Positions 47,804 through 57,644 are shown, numbered from the stretch's first letter. The stretch: 64,000 nucleotides of DNA from Dehalococcoidia bacterium (GCA_965203435.1 CBDBCU010000006.1:366518-430517); one strand, 5' to 3'. Notes: generated by a model not told the origin, from the sequence alone. Numbers and translations are program-made.

Positions 47804-48220
47804 ATGCCGCAAATCCAGCGCCATGTAGTCAATACTGCCGCCGCGCCGCAGCCCCTGGGCGCTTACTCCCAAGGCATAAAGGTGCGTTGCGGCGAGCTGC
47901 TGTATGTGGCCGGGCAGGTCGGCCTCGACGCCGCCGGCAACTTGGCCGGGGATGGCAGCGTAGCCGCCCAAACCCGTCAGACCTTTGCCAATATCGGGGC
48001 CATCCTGACCGCCGCCGGAGCCGATTTCAGCAGCGTCGTCGAGTTCACCACCTACCTGGTGGGCCGGGAAACGGCGCAACCCTTTATGGCGGCCCGGGCC
48101 GAAATTTTCCCGACCCTGTTTCCCGCGGGCGACTACCCGCCCAATACCCTGCTGATTATTGAGGGACTGGTGCGGCCGGAGTTTCTGGTGGAAATCAAAG
48201 CGGTGGCGGCCTTGCCCTAA
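47804..48220 (+). CDS. RidA/YjgF-family protein
   Basis: GAYSQG, LYVAGQVG, YPPNTL, LVEIKAVA. Confidence 0.92.
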   Translation: MPQIQRHVVNTAAAPQPLGAYSQGIKVRCGELLYVAGQVGLDAAGNLAGDGSVAAQTRQTFANIGAILTAAGADFSSVVEFTTYLVGRETAQPFMAARAEIFPTLFPAGDYPPNTLLIIEGLVRPEFLVEIKAVAALP

Positions 48221-48658
48221 TCAGTAATAATCCCGTTTCTGCCGCTCAAACTCCGCCAGAGCCGGTTGGATGATGCGGGCATAGACCTGCCGGCGGCCGC
48301 GCAGCCGAAAGACCAGCTCTTTGACCAACGCCGGCAAGCCCCGGGCCTGCGGCTGCCAGGTCAGCGTCCACCGCGTCCCGTCCCCCTCCGGCTCGAAAGT
48401 GTCGGTGCGATCCGACCAAGTGGATTCTACCGCCGCCATCACCCGCTGCCGCGGCGGATTAAAAGTGCAGCGCCACCGATTGGCCGACGGCGTATTATCC
48501 AAAAAAGTATAGTTGTTTTCCTCTTGGGCCAGCAGGCGGCCGTACTTGGCTGCCAAGGCCGCCAAATCCGGCTCGCCGCTGACCGGAAAGGCGGTAACAT
48601 AGACAAAAACCTGTTCCGGGCGGGCCGGCACATAAGCCTCTATCTGCATTGGCGGCAT
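48221..48658 (-). CDS. SRPBCC-like protein
   Basis: VPARPEQVFVYVT, FNPPRQRV, TFEPEGDGTRWTLTW. Confidence 0.65.
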   Translation of the reverse strand: MPPMQIEAYVPARPEQVFVYVTAFPVSGEPDLAALAAKYGRLLAQEENNYTFLDNTPSANRWRCTFNPPRQRVMAAVESTWSDRTDTFEPEGDGTRWTLTWQPQARGLPALVKELVFRLRGRRQVYARIIQPALAEFERQKRDYY

Positions 48659-48664
48659 AGCCCC

Positions 48665-49621
48665 TTACCCCCGAAAATAGGGCAGCACTTCCCGGGCGGC
48701 AATTTCCATTTGCCGATACAGCCCGGCGGCATCCGCAGCCAGAAAGCCGAACAGGAAATGCCGCACGCCGGCATCAATCCGCTCCTCAATAGCCTTAATG
48801 CAATCCGGCGGCGTGCCGGCGATGCACAGGGCTTGGGCAATATCCTCGGCGCTGCGTTCCGGGGTAACATAACGCTGCCCCACATGGGCGGCGGCCGTTG
48901 CCAGGGCCGTAGCCCGGTCGGCGGCGATAGCGGTCGGCTGATTCAATCCCCAATGAAAGTTGGACAAATCCCGGCCGGCCTCCGTTGCCATTTGACGGAC
49001 GGTTTCATTGCTGGCCTTGAGCCGCCGGGTGGTAAAGAGATAGGGATACCAGCCATCGCCGTGCAAGGCGGCCCGGCGCATCGCCGCCTCGCTGCGTCCG
49101 GCCACCCAGATTGGCGGGTAGGGTTGCTGCTGCGGCCGCGGCAACAGCGTAACCTCCTCAAACTCAAAGAACCGCCCCTTATGGGTAACTCGTTCCTCCG
49201 TCCAGAGCCGTTTCATTACCGCCAGCATTTCATCGGTGCGCCTACCCCGGGTCTGCACCGGAATCCCCAAGGCGTCGAACTCCACCCGAGTGCCGCGCTG
49301 CCCGCTGACCCCGATGCCGAAATCCAGCCGCCCGTTGGACACCAGATCCAGGGAAGTCACCAGCTTGGACAGCATTACCGGGTGATAGAGCGGCGCGATG
49401 ACAATGCCGGTCATTACCCGCAGGGTTTGCGTAGCCCCGGCCGCCGCGGCCAGCGCCGGAATGTTGAGCAGGGTCGGCCGCGGCGGATTGCCGTCCATGA
49501 TATGTTCCCCGGTGGCAATGCGGTCAAAGCCCAACGCCTCGGCCTTGCGGGCAAACGCGGCAATGTCCCAGGATTCCTCCACGGAAAAGTTGCAGCCAAA
49601 GGTAACCGGCGGCGTAGGCAT
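48665..49621 (-). CDS. LLM-class (luciferase-like) flavin/F420-dependent oxidoreductase
   Basis: AEALGFD...GEH, LDLVSNGRLDFGIG, PPIWVAG, GDGWYP. Confidence 0.92.
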   Translation of the reverse strand: MPTPPVTFGCNFSVEESWDIAAFARKAEALGFDRIATGEHIMDGNPPRPTLLNIPALAAAAGATQTLRVMTGIVIAPLYHPVMLSKLVTSLDLVSNGRLDFGIGVSGQRGTRVEFDALGIPVQTRGRRTDEMLAVMKRLWTEERVTHKGRFFEFEEVTLLPRPQQQPYPPIWVAGRSEAAMRRAALHGDGWYPYLFTTRRLKASNETVRQMATEAGRDLSNFHWGLNQPTAIAADRATALATAAAHVGQRYVTPERSAEDIAQALCIAGTPPDCIKAIEERIDAGVRHFLFGFLAADAAGLYRQMEIAAREVLPYFRG

Positions 49622-49773
49622 AACTGCTCCTGATGCGGCGGGAAGTTTCCTGCATTTTAGGGCAATGGAGCAGGACTGGCAATAGCCGCCGCGGCCGATT
49701 ACAGGGCAATCGCATATAGAAACCATTCCCGTAGCTTGTTGCCCCCACCCGCCATAACTGCTAATATATCCGG

Positions 49774-50070
49774 GTGATTGCGGATTTTGCCGACCAGGGG
49801 ACGGAGGATATTTTCGACCAAGTCAACAGCCCGGCGGCCCGGCGTACCTGTCCGCAACGGCTTTGGCCGGTAGCCCGGAGCAAGTTGGATGCCCTTAACC
49901 GGGCCGGCGAGCTGCAGGACTTGGCCCAACCCCCGGGGAATCGACTGGAAGCCTTACGGGGCGGCCGGCAGGGTCAGCACAGCATCCGCATTAACGACCA
50001 GTACCGCCTTTGCTTTAGCTGGCGCTATGGGCAAGCCACCGCCGTAGAGATTGCCGATTATCACCGGTAG
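49774..50070 (+). CDS. higB: HigB-family toxin
   Basis: PPGNRLEALRGGRQGQHSIRINDQYRLCF, VEIADYH. Confidence 0.94.
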   Translation: MIADFADQGTEDIFDQVNSPAARRTCPQRLWPVARSKLDALNRAGELQDLAQPPGNRLEALRGGRQGQHSIRINDQYRLCFSWRYGQATAVEIADYHR

Positions 50071-50100
50071 CCGTTCTTGGCCCGATCAGGAGATTCTCTT

Positions 50101-50472
50101 ATGCCCATACGATTGCCGGCCCACCGGCCGCCCACCCATCCCGGCGTAATGCTGCGCGAGGAGTTTATGCAGCCCTTGGGCCTGACCCAACGGGCGGTGG
50201 CCGATGCCCTCGGATTGTCTTGCCGGCGGGTCAATAAAATCGTCCACGGCCAAGGGCCGGTAACGCCCGGCATTGCCTGCCGCCTGGCCAAATATACCGG
50301 CACCACCCCGGATTTTTGGGTGAACGGCCAACTGCATTGGGATCTGTACCATGCCCTGCGCGCAGAGGCGGCGGCTTTGGAACGGATTCAGCCGCTGGAG
50401 TGGTCGGATGTTCCCGAAGGAGAGGAATTGACCGCGGAGCCGGCGGAAAAAGCGGAAGTTGCCGCCGGCTGA
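50101..50472 (+). CDS. higA: HigA-family antitoxin
   Basis: PTHPGVMLREEFMQPLGLTQ, GTTPDFWVNGQ. Confidence 0.93.
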   Translation: MPIRLPAHRPPTHPGVMLREEFMQPLGLTQRAVADALGLSCRRVNKIVHGQGPVTPGIACRLAKYTGTTPDFWVNGQLHWDLYHALRAEAAALERIQPLEWSDVPEGEELTAEPAEKAEVAAG

Positions 50473-50497
50473 ACCCGACGGGAGTCGTCCTCTCTCT

Positions 50498-50620
50498 ACC
50501 GTCCTTCCCGCCGCCCTCCCTACCGTCCTTCCCGCGCAAGCGGGAATCCAGAACGGCGCGGCCCTATGCCGCTGCCCCCGGCAAGCAACCTATGGATTCC
50601 CCCTTGCGCGGGAAGGACGG
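50498..50620. repeat. Family B REP inverted pair
   Basis: CCGTCCTTCCCGCGCAAGCGGGAATCC (50523) and GGATTCCCCCTTGCGCGGGAAGGACGG (50594). Confidence 0.82.
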
Positions 50621-50658
50621 TTTCTATAGGCGATAGCCCGGAAAGAAAACCGCCCCCT

Positions 50659-52071
50659 TTACTCCCCGCCGGCAACCACTTCCGTATCCGGGCGGAAAGC
50701 GGCCCAGGCAAACCAGAAGTGATTGGCATGGACGATGGGCGTCAGCTGCCCGCCGGCCAGAGGGCCGGCGGTGGCCTGCCCCAGGATGTTCCAACGGCTG
50801 CCGGTTTCGGCATCGGTAAAACCATCTCCATCCCACTGGAAAGTCAGCCGCTGCCCCTCGAAATCCCGGTCAAAAACGCCGGTAGCCCCCACCGCTTTAG
50901 AGGCGGCAATGGATGGGCCGTCCAGGGCGGAACGGGCCCCGGGCTGAAAAAAGACCGCCAAATCCTGCCCGCCCACGCGGTAATGCACCACGCCCTCCCT
51001 TTCCAGCAGGGCAAAGGGAAAGGCCGCGGCCGCATCCCCCACCGTCAAAGCGGCCACCCGTTCCATGGGCAACAGGCGGTCATCCTGTCGGCCGAAAAAT
51101 AGAAAGGGCGGCTGATCCACCCGGTCATAGCCCACATAGGGATTAGACCCGTAATTCCGGCGGTATCCCGTATCCCGGGAAAGAACGGCGGCCTCCGGAT
51201 AGGCGGCCTTGAAATCCTGCCAGGCCACGATGCTGGAGGGCAGCAGGCGCAGTTGCTGGCCGGTCAATTCCCCCACAATGGCCGCGCCGGTCAACTGCTG
51301 CCACCAGGATTCGGTCTGCCGATCCCACATAATCAAATCGCTGTTGCGGAGCTTGCCGGAAACGCCAAAATCATAGACCACGCCGTCCAGCGTCCGCTCA
51401 AAGACGATGGCCGAATTGCACAGGGGGCAAAAGGTAGCCACCACCGGAACGCCGCCCACCGTGTCATTCACAATTTCATGCCAGGTCAAAATCTGCAAAG
51501 GATAGGCTTTGGCCGCGCCGTTCAGCTCAAAAGCGATAACCGGCTCCTGAGCCTCCAGCCATTGATCGGCGGCGGCTACGGTAGTAAAGTTGGGATTATC
51601 CAGGGGCGGGATGCCATCCCGGGGAACGCCGCCGGAAAAGATTTCGGCATAGGGTACACTGCGTTTGCTGAAATCCGTTTGCCACTCCCCGGGATAAAGG
51701 CCGGCGGCCCGCAATTCCTGTTCCCAATCCCCGGCCGGCGGCGGTGTGGGGATTGGCGTGGCCGGCGGGATGGCGGCCGCTTGGGTTGGCGTGGCCGGCG
51801 TTTGCGGCGGGATGGCGGCGGTGGCGGTAGCGGTAGGCGTCTTAGCAGGGGGCGTACCGGCCACTGCTGCTGTAGCCGGCGCCGGCGCTGATTCGTCAGT
51901 CCGGGCCGCCGCCGCCGGATTTGCCGTTGCCACGGTCGTTGCCGTAATCGGCGCGGCGGTAGCGGTCGGTTCAACCGGCGCGGCCGCCGGCCCGCAGGCC
52001 AAAGCCGCCAGCAATCCAACGGTCAAAGCCCCGCCCACCACAATGCGACGCAAAATTCGTCCCCTTGCCAT
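50659..52071 (-). CDS. DUF3179-domain lipoprotein (CxxC form)
   Basis: Lipobox ALAC, Pro/Ala/Thr linker, RDGIPPLD, AYPLQILTWHEIVND, TFCPLCNS, GVSGKLRNSDL, FWFAWAAF. Confidence 0.9.
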   Translation of the reverse strand: MARGRILRRIVVGGALTVGLLAALACGPAAAPVEPTATAAPITATTVATANPAAAARTDESAPAPATAAVAGTPPAKTPTATATAAIPPQTPATPTQAAAIPPATPIPTPPPAGDWEQELRAAGLYPGEWQTDFSKRSVPYAEIFSGGVPRDGIPPLDNPNFTTVAAADQWLEAQEPVIAFELNGAAKAYPLQILTWHEIVNDTVGGVPVVATFCPLCNSAIVFERTLDGVVYDFGVSGKLRNSDLIMWDRQTESWWQQLTGAAIVGELTGQQLRLLPSSIVAWQDFKAAYPEAAVLSRDTGYRRNYGSNPYVGYDRVDQPPFLFFGRQDDRLLPMERVAALTVGDAAAAFPFALLEREGVVHYRVGGQDLAVFFQPGARSALDGPSIAASKAVGATGVFDRDFEGQRLTFQWDGDGFTDAETGSRWNILGQATAGPLAGGQLTPIVHANHFWFAWAAFRPDTEVVAGGE

Positions 52072-52290
52072 TTGCCGGCCTCCGGATTGAGGATAGCGGC
52101 TTGCCGGCCGCGCCCCCTACTACGCCCCAAGCCGGCCGGCGGATTGCCCGGCGTCGGGTCTAGGGGGAAAGTTGCAAGGCATTCGTACCACCACCCGTTC
52201 CGGGCAATCCTTTAACCAGTTCCGGATGACCCTTCAACCAGTTCCGGATGAGCGGACAAATAATCCGCAACGCAACGGAAACCCTTTCCC

Positions 52291-53478
52291 CTAACCCGCC
52301 TGGACCGCCGCCAGCTTTTCCGTATAGTGCGGCATCACTTCCGTGGCGAACAGCTCAATGGAACGCATCGCCTGCTCGTGGCTCAGGCTGCCCCACTGGA
52401 AAGAGCAGACGAAATAGTTGGCCCCGGTAGCCACATATTCATCCATATATTCCCGGATGGTGGCCGGGGAGCCGGCAATGGCCCCGAAACCGGCCCCGGC
52501 CCCGCTGCTGTGGCCGTCGCCAATGCCGCCCCGGAAATTGGCCCGCCGCTGCCGCCGTTCCAGTTCCTCAAACGAGGCATCCAAATCCCGCCGTTCCTCC
52601 CGGGGCAAGTCCCGCGGCGGGGCGGCCGCCGGCCGGGGATTCATCCGGTCGCCATAAAACTGGGTCAACCCCCGCCGTTCCGCTTCCAGCCGCCGCGGCG
52701 TCCCCAGATTCCACTGGTAGGATTCCCACGCCGGTTGGGCTTCCCGCTGCGCCGCTTCATCCGTTTCCGCCAACAGCAGATGGTTGACCAGCCCGATTTT
52801 CGGCTCCGTTCCCTGGGTGGTCAAAGCCCCCTTGCCCTGATGCCGTTCCCACTCCTCCCGGTAGCGCCGCACATTGGCCTCAAAGCCGTCCAGCGACCCC
52901 ACGATGATGGTGTTCATCCCGTCAATGGCCGCCGTCTCCACATTCCGCATATACCAGAAAGGCGGAAAGGGCCGCTGCTGCGGCCGCAGGCGCATGGGCA
53001 GCTCGTCAAAGTTGTAAAACTCCCCGTGAAAGTTCAGCTCGTCATGGCTCAGCCCCTCCTGAATGCAGCGCAGGGTTTCCCCATAGCGGGCCGCGTTCAC
53101 CTCCACATCCGAATCCTGCCCCCAGAAAAAGGCTTCGAACACCCCGCCCCGGCCCACGCCCAGCTCCAGCCGCCCGCCGCTCAGGTGATCCAGCATACTG
53201 ATTTCCTCAATCAGCCGGATGGGATGGTGCAGCGGCAGCACATAGACGCAGGGGCCGAAACGCAGGGTGCTGGTGCGCTGGGACAAGGCCGCCAGAAAGA
53301 CATTCTGGGACGGGGCCAGGCTATGCACCGCCGGCGTATGGTGTTCCGCCAGGTGATAGGAATAGAACCCGGCCGCCTCCAGCCGTTCCAGCTGCAGCAG
53401 CCGCAGGTCATAGATTTCCTGCAAGGTCATCCCTTCGCAGGGCTCGATGTGGTCAAAAACGCCGAATTGCAGGGCCAT
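52291..53478 (-). CDS. LLM-class flavin-dependent oxidoreductase
   Basis: FGVFDH, LAEHH, HPIRLIEEISMLDHLSGGRLELGVGRG, FATEVMP. Confidence 0.92.
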   Translation of the reverse strand: MALQFGVFDHIEPCEGMTLQEIYDLRLLQLERLEAAGFYSYHLAEHHTPAVHSLAPSQNVFLAALSQRTSTLRFGPCVYVLPLHHPIRLIEEISMLDHLSGGRLELGVGRGGVFEAFFWGQDSDVEVNAARYGETLRCIQEGLSHDELNFHGEFYNFDELPMRLRPQQRPFPPFWYMRNVETAAIDGMNTIIVGSLDGFEANVRRYREEWERHQGKGALTTQGTEPKIGLVNHLLLAETDEAAQREAQPAWESYQWNLGTPRRLEAERRGLTQFYGDRMNPRPAAAPPRDLPREERRDLDASFEELERRQRRANFRGGIGDGHSSGAGAGFGAIAGSPATIREYMDEYVATGANYFVCSFQWGSLSHEQAMRSIELFATEVMPHYTEKLAAVQAG

Positions 53479-53504
53479 CAGTCGCTCCTTTTCCGGTTGG
53501 GGGA

Positions 53505-53624
53505 TTCCGTTCTGTTGCGGGATATTCGTATCCGCTCACCCTGAACTTGTTGAAGGGTCACCTTGACTTGTTGAAAGGTCATCCTGAACTTGTTGAAGGA
53601 CGAATACCCCACAACAGAACGGAA
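53505..53624. repeat. Family A REP triplet bracketed by 25-bp inverted repeats
   Basis: TTCCGTTCTGTTGCGGGATATTCGT ... ACGAATACCCCACAACAGAACGGAA. Confidence 0.82.
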
Positions 53625-53679
53625 CGATTGGGGGAAAGTTGCCTCTATTCTATAACAGCGGTCAACTGGCCGGCGCGGC

Positions 53680-54546
53680 CTATTCCTCGGCCGCCCGGCT
53701 CCATTGCCGCCCCTCCCGTTGGATTAGGCCGCGTTTTCTCAAATGTACCTGGGCATTTCGTACCATGTGTTTCCAGCGGCGGCCAAAGCTCACCCCATTG
53801 ATTACCCGGTCAATGGAATCGTCGCAAAGGTCGGGATGGATGGCGGCGATGTATGTTTCTATCTGCCGGGTGGTCAGGGAACTGTCGCGCAGCAGGTAAA
53901 GGATGGTACGGGCAAAAATGGAATTGGTGGACTCCCCGGCCTGCGCCCGTATCGACCGCAGGGATTCCCGGACCGCTTCCCTTTGCCGCTCAAACTCCCG
54001 TCGGACCTCTCCGCGTGCTGTTTTGACCGTGTCATCGTATCGGGCCTGCAAAGTGGCGGCGATCGCCGCCACCTGCTCCAGTTCCGGCAAGGCTACCGCC
54101 GCGCCCAAGCTGCCGTATGCTTGTAAATCCTGAGCGATTTTCCGCACCATATCCCCATCGGTAATCCGAATGCCATATTCGTAGTTGCGATGTAGAGAGG
54201 AACGGGTAAGGTTGCCCGAGGTGATTATAGCCAGCCGATCGTCGGCTACATAAACCTTGGCGTGGAGTCCCGGCAGATGCCGGACCGTAGTCAGCGGATT
54301 CCCCTGGCAAAAGGATACTATCGCCGCCAGGTCAATAGTCCCTTGCAACATACTGTCCACCGCCAGATTGGTCAGGAGGTTCACTTGGGGCGGCGGGCTT
54401 TTCCCCAGAAGTTCCGACAACCGTTCCAGCGGCTCCCGGGCCATAAAGGGAGTGACTAACAAGGCCCGCTCCCGGATAGAGCGGCCGAAAGCGTCAAACT
54501 CCTCGGCCCAGGGCGAAACTACCGTTGCCACGCTTGGGAGCGCCAC
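53680..54546 (-). CDS. Phospholipase D-family (HKD) nuclease with C-terminal putative winged-helix domain
   Basis: VTPF, LHAKVYVADD, ITSGNLT, NYEYGI; C-terminal LTTRQIETYI...WKHMVRNAQVHL. Confidence 0.8.
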   Translation of the reverse strand: MALPSVATVVSPWAEEFDAFGRSIRERALLVTPFMAREPLERLSELLGKSPPPQVNLLTNLAVDSMLQGTIDLAAIVSFCQGNPLTTVRHLPGLHAKVYVADDRLAIITSGNLTRSSLHRNYEYGIRITDGDMVRKIAQDLQAYGSLGAAVALPELEQVAAIAATLQARYDDTVKTARGEVRREFERQREAVRESLRSIRAQAGESTNSIFARTILYLLRDSSLTTRQIETYIAAIHPDLCDDSIDRVINGVSFGRRWKHMVRNAQVHLRKRGLIQREGRQWSRAAEE

Positions 54547-56076
54547 CTACCGACCCTCCTTGATAAAATCCGCCACCCGTTCCGCCAGCATAATGACGGT
54601 GGCATTGGTGTTGGCCCGGGTTACTTCCGGCATTATGGACGCGTCCACTATCCGCAAGCCCTCTAGGTTATGCGCCCGCCCGAACTGATCCACTACCGCC
54701 ATTGGGTCGCTAGCCGGCCCCATCCTGGCGGTGACGCTGGTGTGGCCGGCAATGCCGGCATTTCGTATCAGCCAAGTGTCCAGGGCCGCATCCGATTCCA
54801 AATCGGCGTCCGTCGGAGACACTCGTTCCCCCACCAGGCCGGCAAAGGCCGGATGCTCAAAAATTGCCACGCATTGCCGCACCGCCGCCCGCAGCCGGGC
54901 CAAATCCCGCCGGTCGGTCAGAAATCGGTAATTCAGCCTAGGATGGGCGGCCGGGTCGGTCGCGGTCAAAGTCAACTCTCCGGCGCTGTAGGGCAGTTCC
55001 AGCCGACAGCCGATGCGGAGGTCGGTCTCCGCCGGGTTCTCCGGATAGGAAGTGGTGGGCTGCACCTGAATATCATTGCGGGCATCCGACCCGGCGGCGG
55101 TAAAGCGCAGCCCTACCTGATTGCGCGGAGCCTCCGGCCCGGGTTTATGTTCCGGCCCGGCTCGATAAACCAGCCCCACCGACGGATGATTTTTCATATT
55201 CCGTCCCACCCCGGGCAATTCCTGCACCAGCTCAATCCCCCACCGGCCCAATTCCTCGGCCGGCCCTACCCCGGAAAGCAGCAGCAATTGCGGCGAGGCA
55301 ATGGCCCCGGCGCAAAGCAGGATTTCCCCGCCGGCAACCGTAAAAATCTCCCCACCACTTTCTACTTCTACCCCCACCGCCCTTTTGCCCGCAAAGATAA
55401 TGCGGCGGGCCGTGCAATTGGCCCGGATGGTCAGATTCAGGCGATGGCGGCAGTCGTTCAGGTAAGTCAAGGCCGTGCTTTGGCGGACGCCGCCGGGATT
55501 GTTCAAGGGAAAAGCCCCCACCCCGGTGGCCTCCGGATGGTTCATATCCGGATCCTCGGGAAAGCCCAGATCCCGGCAGGCTTGGTAAAAGGCTGCTTGC
55601 AAAGGCAGCCAGCCCTCCCGGCTATGCCGGCGTACCAGTATCGGGCCGTCGCCGCCGTGAAAATCATCCCGAATATCGGCATCGGTTTCCAGTTTGCGGA
55701 AATAGGGCAGGACTTTCCGGTAATTCCACTCGTCATTGCCGGCCGCCGCCCAGGAATCAAAATCCTCCGGCAAGCCGCGCAGAAATATCTGGTGATTGAT
55801 GGCGCTGGTGCCGCCGGTTACCCGCCCCCGGGCTATCGGCGCCGCTTCCGGGCTTTGCGGCGTAGCCCGCCCCACAAAAGACCAGTTATGGGCCGCCCCC
55901 GGCCGGGATGCCGCCTGATTTAGGTCGTACCTCAGTTCCGCCGGCAGCGTTGCCGGGTCGGGATAATCCGGCCCGGCTTCCAGCAGCAGCGCTGACCGGG
56001 CGGCATCCTCCGTCAGCCGGGCCGCCAATACGCAGCCGGCGGAACCGGCCCCGATGATGATGGTGTCGTACTGCAA
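54547..56076 (-). CDS. GMC-family oxidoreductase (choline dehydrogenase/MftG-like)
   Basis: IIGAGSAG, LLEAG, RGRVTGGTSAIN, GAIASPQLLLLSGVGP, VDASIMP, ANTNAT; TTG start after GGAGG. Confidence 0.93.
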   Translation of the reverse strand: MQYDTIIIGAGSAGCVLAARLTEDAARSALLLEAGPDYPDPATLPAELRYDLNQAASRPGAAHNWSFVGRATPQSPEAAPIARGRVTGGTSAINHQIFLRGLPEDFDSWAAAGNDEWNYRKVLPYFRKLETDADIRDDFHGGDGPILVRRHSREGWLPLQAAFYQACRDLGFPEDPDMNHPEATGVGAFPLNNPGGVRQSTALTYLNDCRHRLNLTIRANCTARRIIFAGKRAVGVEVESGGEIFTVAGGEILLCAGAIASPQLLLLSGVGPAEELGRWGIELVQELPGVGRNMKNHPSVGLVYRAGPEHKPGPEAPRNQVGLRFTAAGSDARNDIQVQPTTSYPENPAETDLRIGCRLELPYSAGELTLTATDPAAHPRLNYRFLTDRRDLARLRAAVRQCVAIFEHPAFAGLVGERVSPTDADLESDAALDTWLIRNAGIAGHTSVTARMGPASDPMAVVDQFGRAHNLEGLRIVDASIMPEVTRANTNATVIMLAERVADFIKEGR

Positions 56077-56080
56077 AGCC

Positions 56081-56365
56081 CTATTCCTCCCGGCTGCGAT
56101 CCATAGCCTTCCGCCCCTGCCACCCGTACAGGCCAATCCAGGCCACGGCGGCCCCTACGGCAAAGCCGAACAGCTGCCCCCAGTGGAACCCGTCCCGAAA
56201 CATACTGGCAACGCTGTTGGCGATGCACCAGCCGCCCATTACAATGTAGGTGCAGCACCACAGCCGCCACGCCAGGGGACTGCGGGTTTTGCTGTACCAG
56301 TAGTTGAACCCGACCAGAGTCCCCACGCCTATGCCGGCCCCCAGAGCCAAAATCAGAAAATCCAA
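56081..56365 (-). CDS. Small membrane protein (3 TM)
   Basis: GGAGG then TTG 56365; three hydrophobic segments; stop abuts the GMC RBS. Confidence 0.65.
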   Translation of the reverse strand: MDFLILALGAGIGVGTLVGFNYWYSKTRSPLAWRLWCCTYIVMGGWCIANSVASMFRDGFHWGQLFGFAVGAAVAWIGLYGWQGRKAMDRSREE

Positions 56366-56376
56366 AGGCCACCTCC

Positions 56377-56582
56377 CTTGCTCGCAGTTTCCGCTCACCC
56401 TGAACTTGTTGAAGGGTCGCCCTGAACCGGTTGCCGGGGTATCCTGAACCGGTTGCCGGGGTATCCCGAACCGGTTGCCGGGGTATCCTGAACCGGTTGC
56501 CGGATGAATCCGCTCTTGCTCGCAGTTTCCGCTCACCCTGAACTTGTTGAAGGGTCGCCCTGAACCGGTTGCCGGGGTATCT
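56377..56582. repeat. Duplicated family A REP with 22-bp tandem units
   Basis: CTTGCTCGCAGTTTCCGCTCACCCTGAACTTGTTGAAGGGTCGCCCTGAACCGGTTGCCGGGGTATC twice; CCTGAACCGGTTGCCGGGGTAT iterated between. Confidence 0.88.
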
Positions 56583-56644
56583 TGAGCCGCTTGCCGGGCG
56601 TATCCGCCGCCGGGCAAGGGAGCTTTCCCGCCCATTATACCGGC

Positions 56645-57523
56645 TTAATGCGGCAAACTGCGGTGTTCGCCCCGCTCAATGGAAATCAGCGCCTCGCAGC
56701 CGGCCGCCGCATCGCTGCCCTCGCTGCCGTTGCACTCGTCCATACTCCCGGGGCCGCCGTCCAGAAAATCATCCCCGTAATGCCCAATCAGAGCATCATT
56801 CCCCTCCCGGCCCAGCAGAATGTCGTTGCCGCCAAAGGCCAGCAGGGCATCATTTCCCTTGTCGCCAATCAGCACATCGTCCCCGGTGCTGCCCAGCAGC
56901 ACATCCCGCCGGTACAGACCAAACAGTTGCGCCAGCAAATCGTCCTCCTCCGGCAGCAGCGACCCGCCCACCAGGATGTTATTGCCGGCATTTCCGGAAA
57001 GAAAATCGCCGCCGCCCTGCCCAATCAGCAGGTCATCCCCCGCATCCCCCCGCAGAAAATCCTGCCCGGGGCCGCCCAACAGCTGATCTTTGCCGTCGCC
57101 GCCCAACAGGTAATCATCGCCGGGGCCGCCGATAATCAGATTGCTGCCGGAGCCGCCGCAGAGAATATCGTTCCCGCCCTTGCCGTTGATGCGGTCATCC
57201 CCGGCCCGGCCCAGAATTACATCCGGCCCGTCAGTGCCAACCAGCACATCATCCCCCGGCCCGCCGACCAGGGTAGCCTGCGCCCCCAAGCAAAAGACGT
57301 GTTCCTGTTCGTCCCCTTCCTCTTGCTGCGGAGCGTGGGTTATGCTGTCCAAATCATCCTCCTGCCAGTATTCGGTCAAGGGAATGGTAGGGATGATGGC
57401 GGGATTAGGCGGCGGCCGCAAATCCTCAGCCCGGGTAGCCCCCGCGCCCCCGTCCAGCGCTAGCGCCCCGACCATCAGGGCCAGGATGGCGGCCATTATC
57501 CAAATCCGCGCAGCTGGCGGCAT
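56645..57523 (-). CDS. Secreted RTX/hemolysin-type Ca-binding repeat protein
   Basis: Signal peptide; many GGxGxDxLx nonapeptides. Confidence 0.88.
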   Translation of the reverse strand: MPPAARIWIMAAILALMVGALALDGGAGATRAEDLRPPPNPAIIPTIPLTEYWQEDDLDSITHAPQQEEGDEQEHVFCLGAQATLVGGPGDDVLVGTDGPDVILGRAGDDRINGKGGNDILCGGSGSNLIIGGPGDDYLLGGDGKDQLLGGPGQDFLRGDAGDDLLIGQGGGDFLSGNAGNNILVGGSLLPEEDDLLAQLFGLYRRDVLLGSTGDDVLIGDKGNDALLAFGGNDILLGREGNDALIGHYGDDFLDGGPGSMDECNGSEGSDAAAGCEALISIERGEHRSLPH

Positions 57524-57644
57524 CTTTCCCTCAACGGATCAACCGGTTATTGGAACGGCTTTATTATAGCCCCAACCGGGGCGGAATGGTAGAATTAGAC
57601 GGATTTCCCGGCCCCTTGGGATAAAAGAAATCCGGAGAGAGACA

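Noticed and set aside
50659-52071. Second selenoprotein (DUF3179 family includes Sec forms)
   Set aside because: Motif is CPLC with no in-frame TGA.
56377-56582. Possible CRISPR array or N-terminal extension of the membrane protein
   Set aside because: Tandem REP-derived units without spacers; the better start is TTG 56365 with an RBS.
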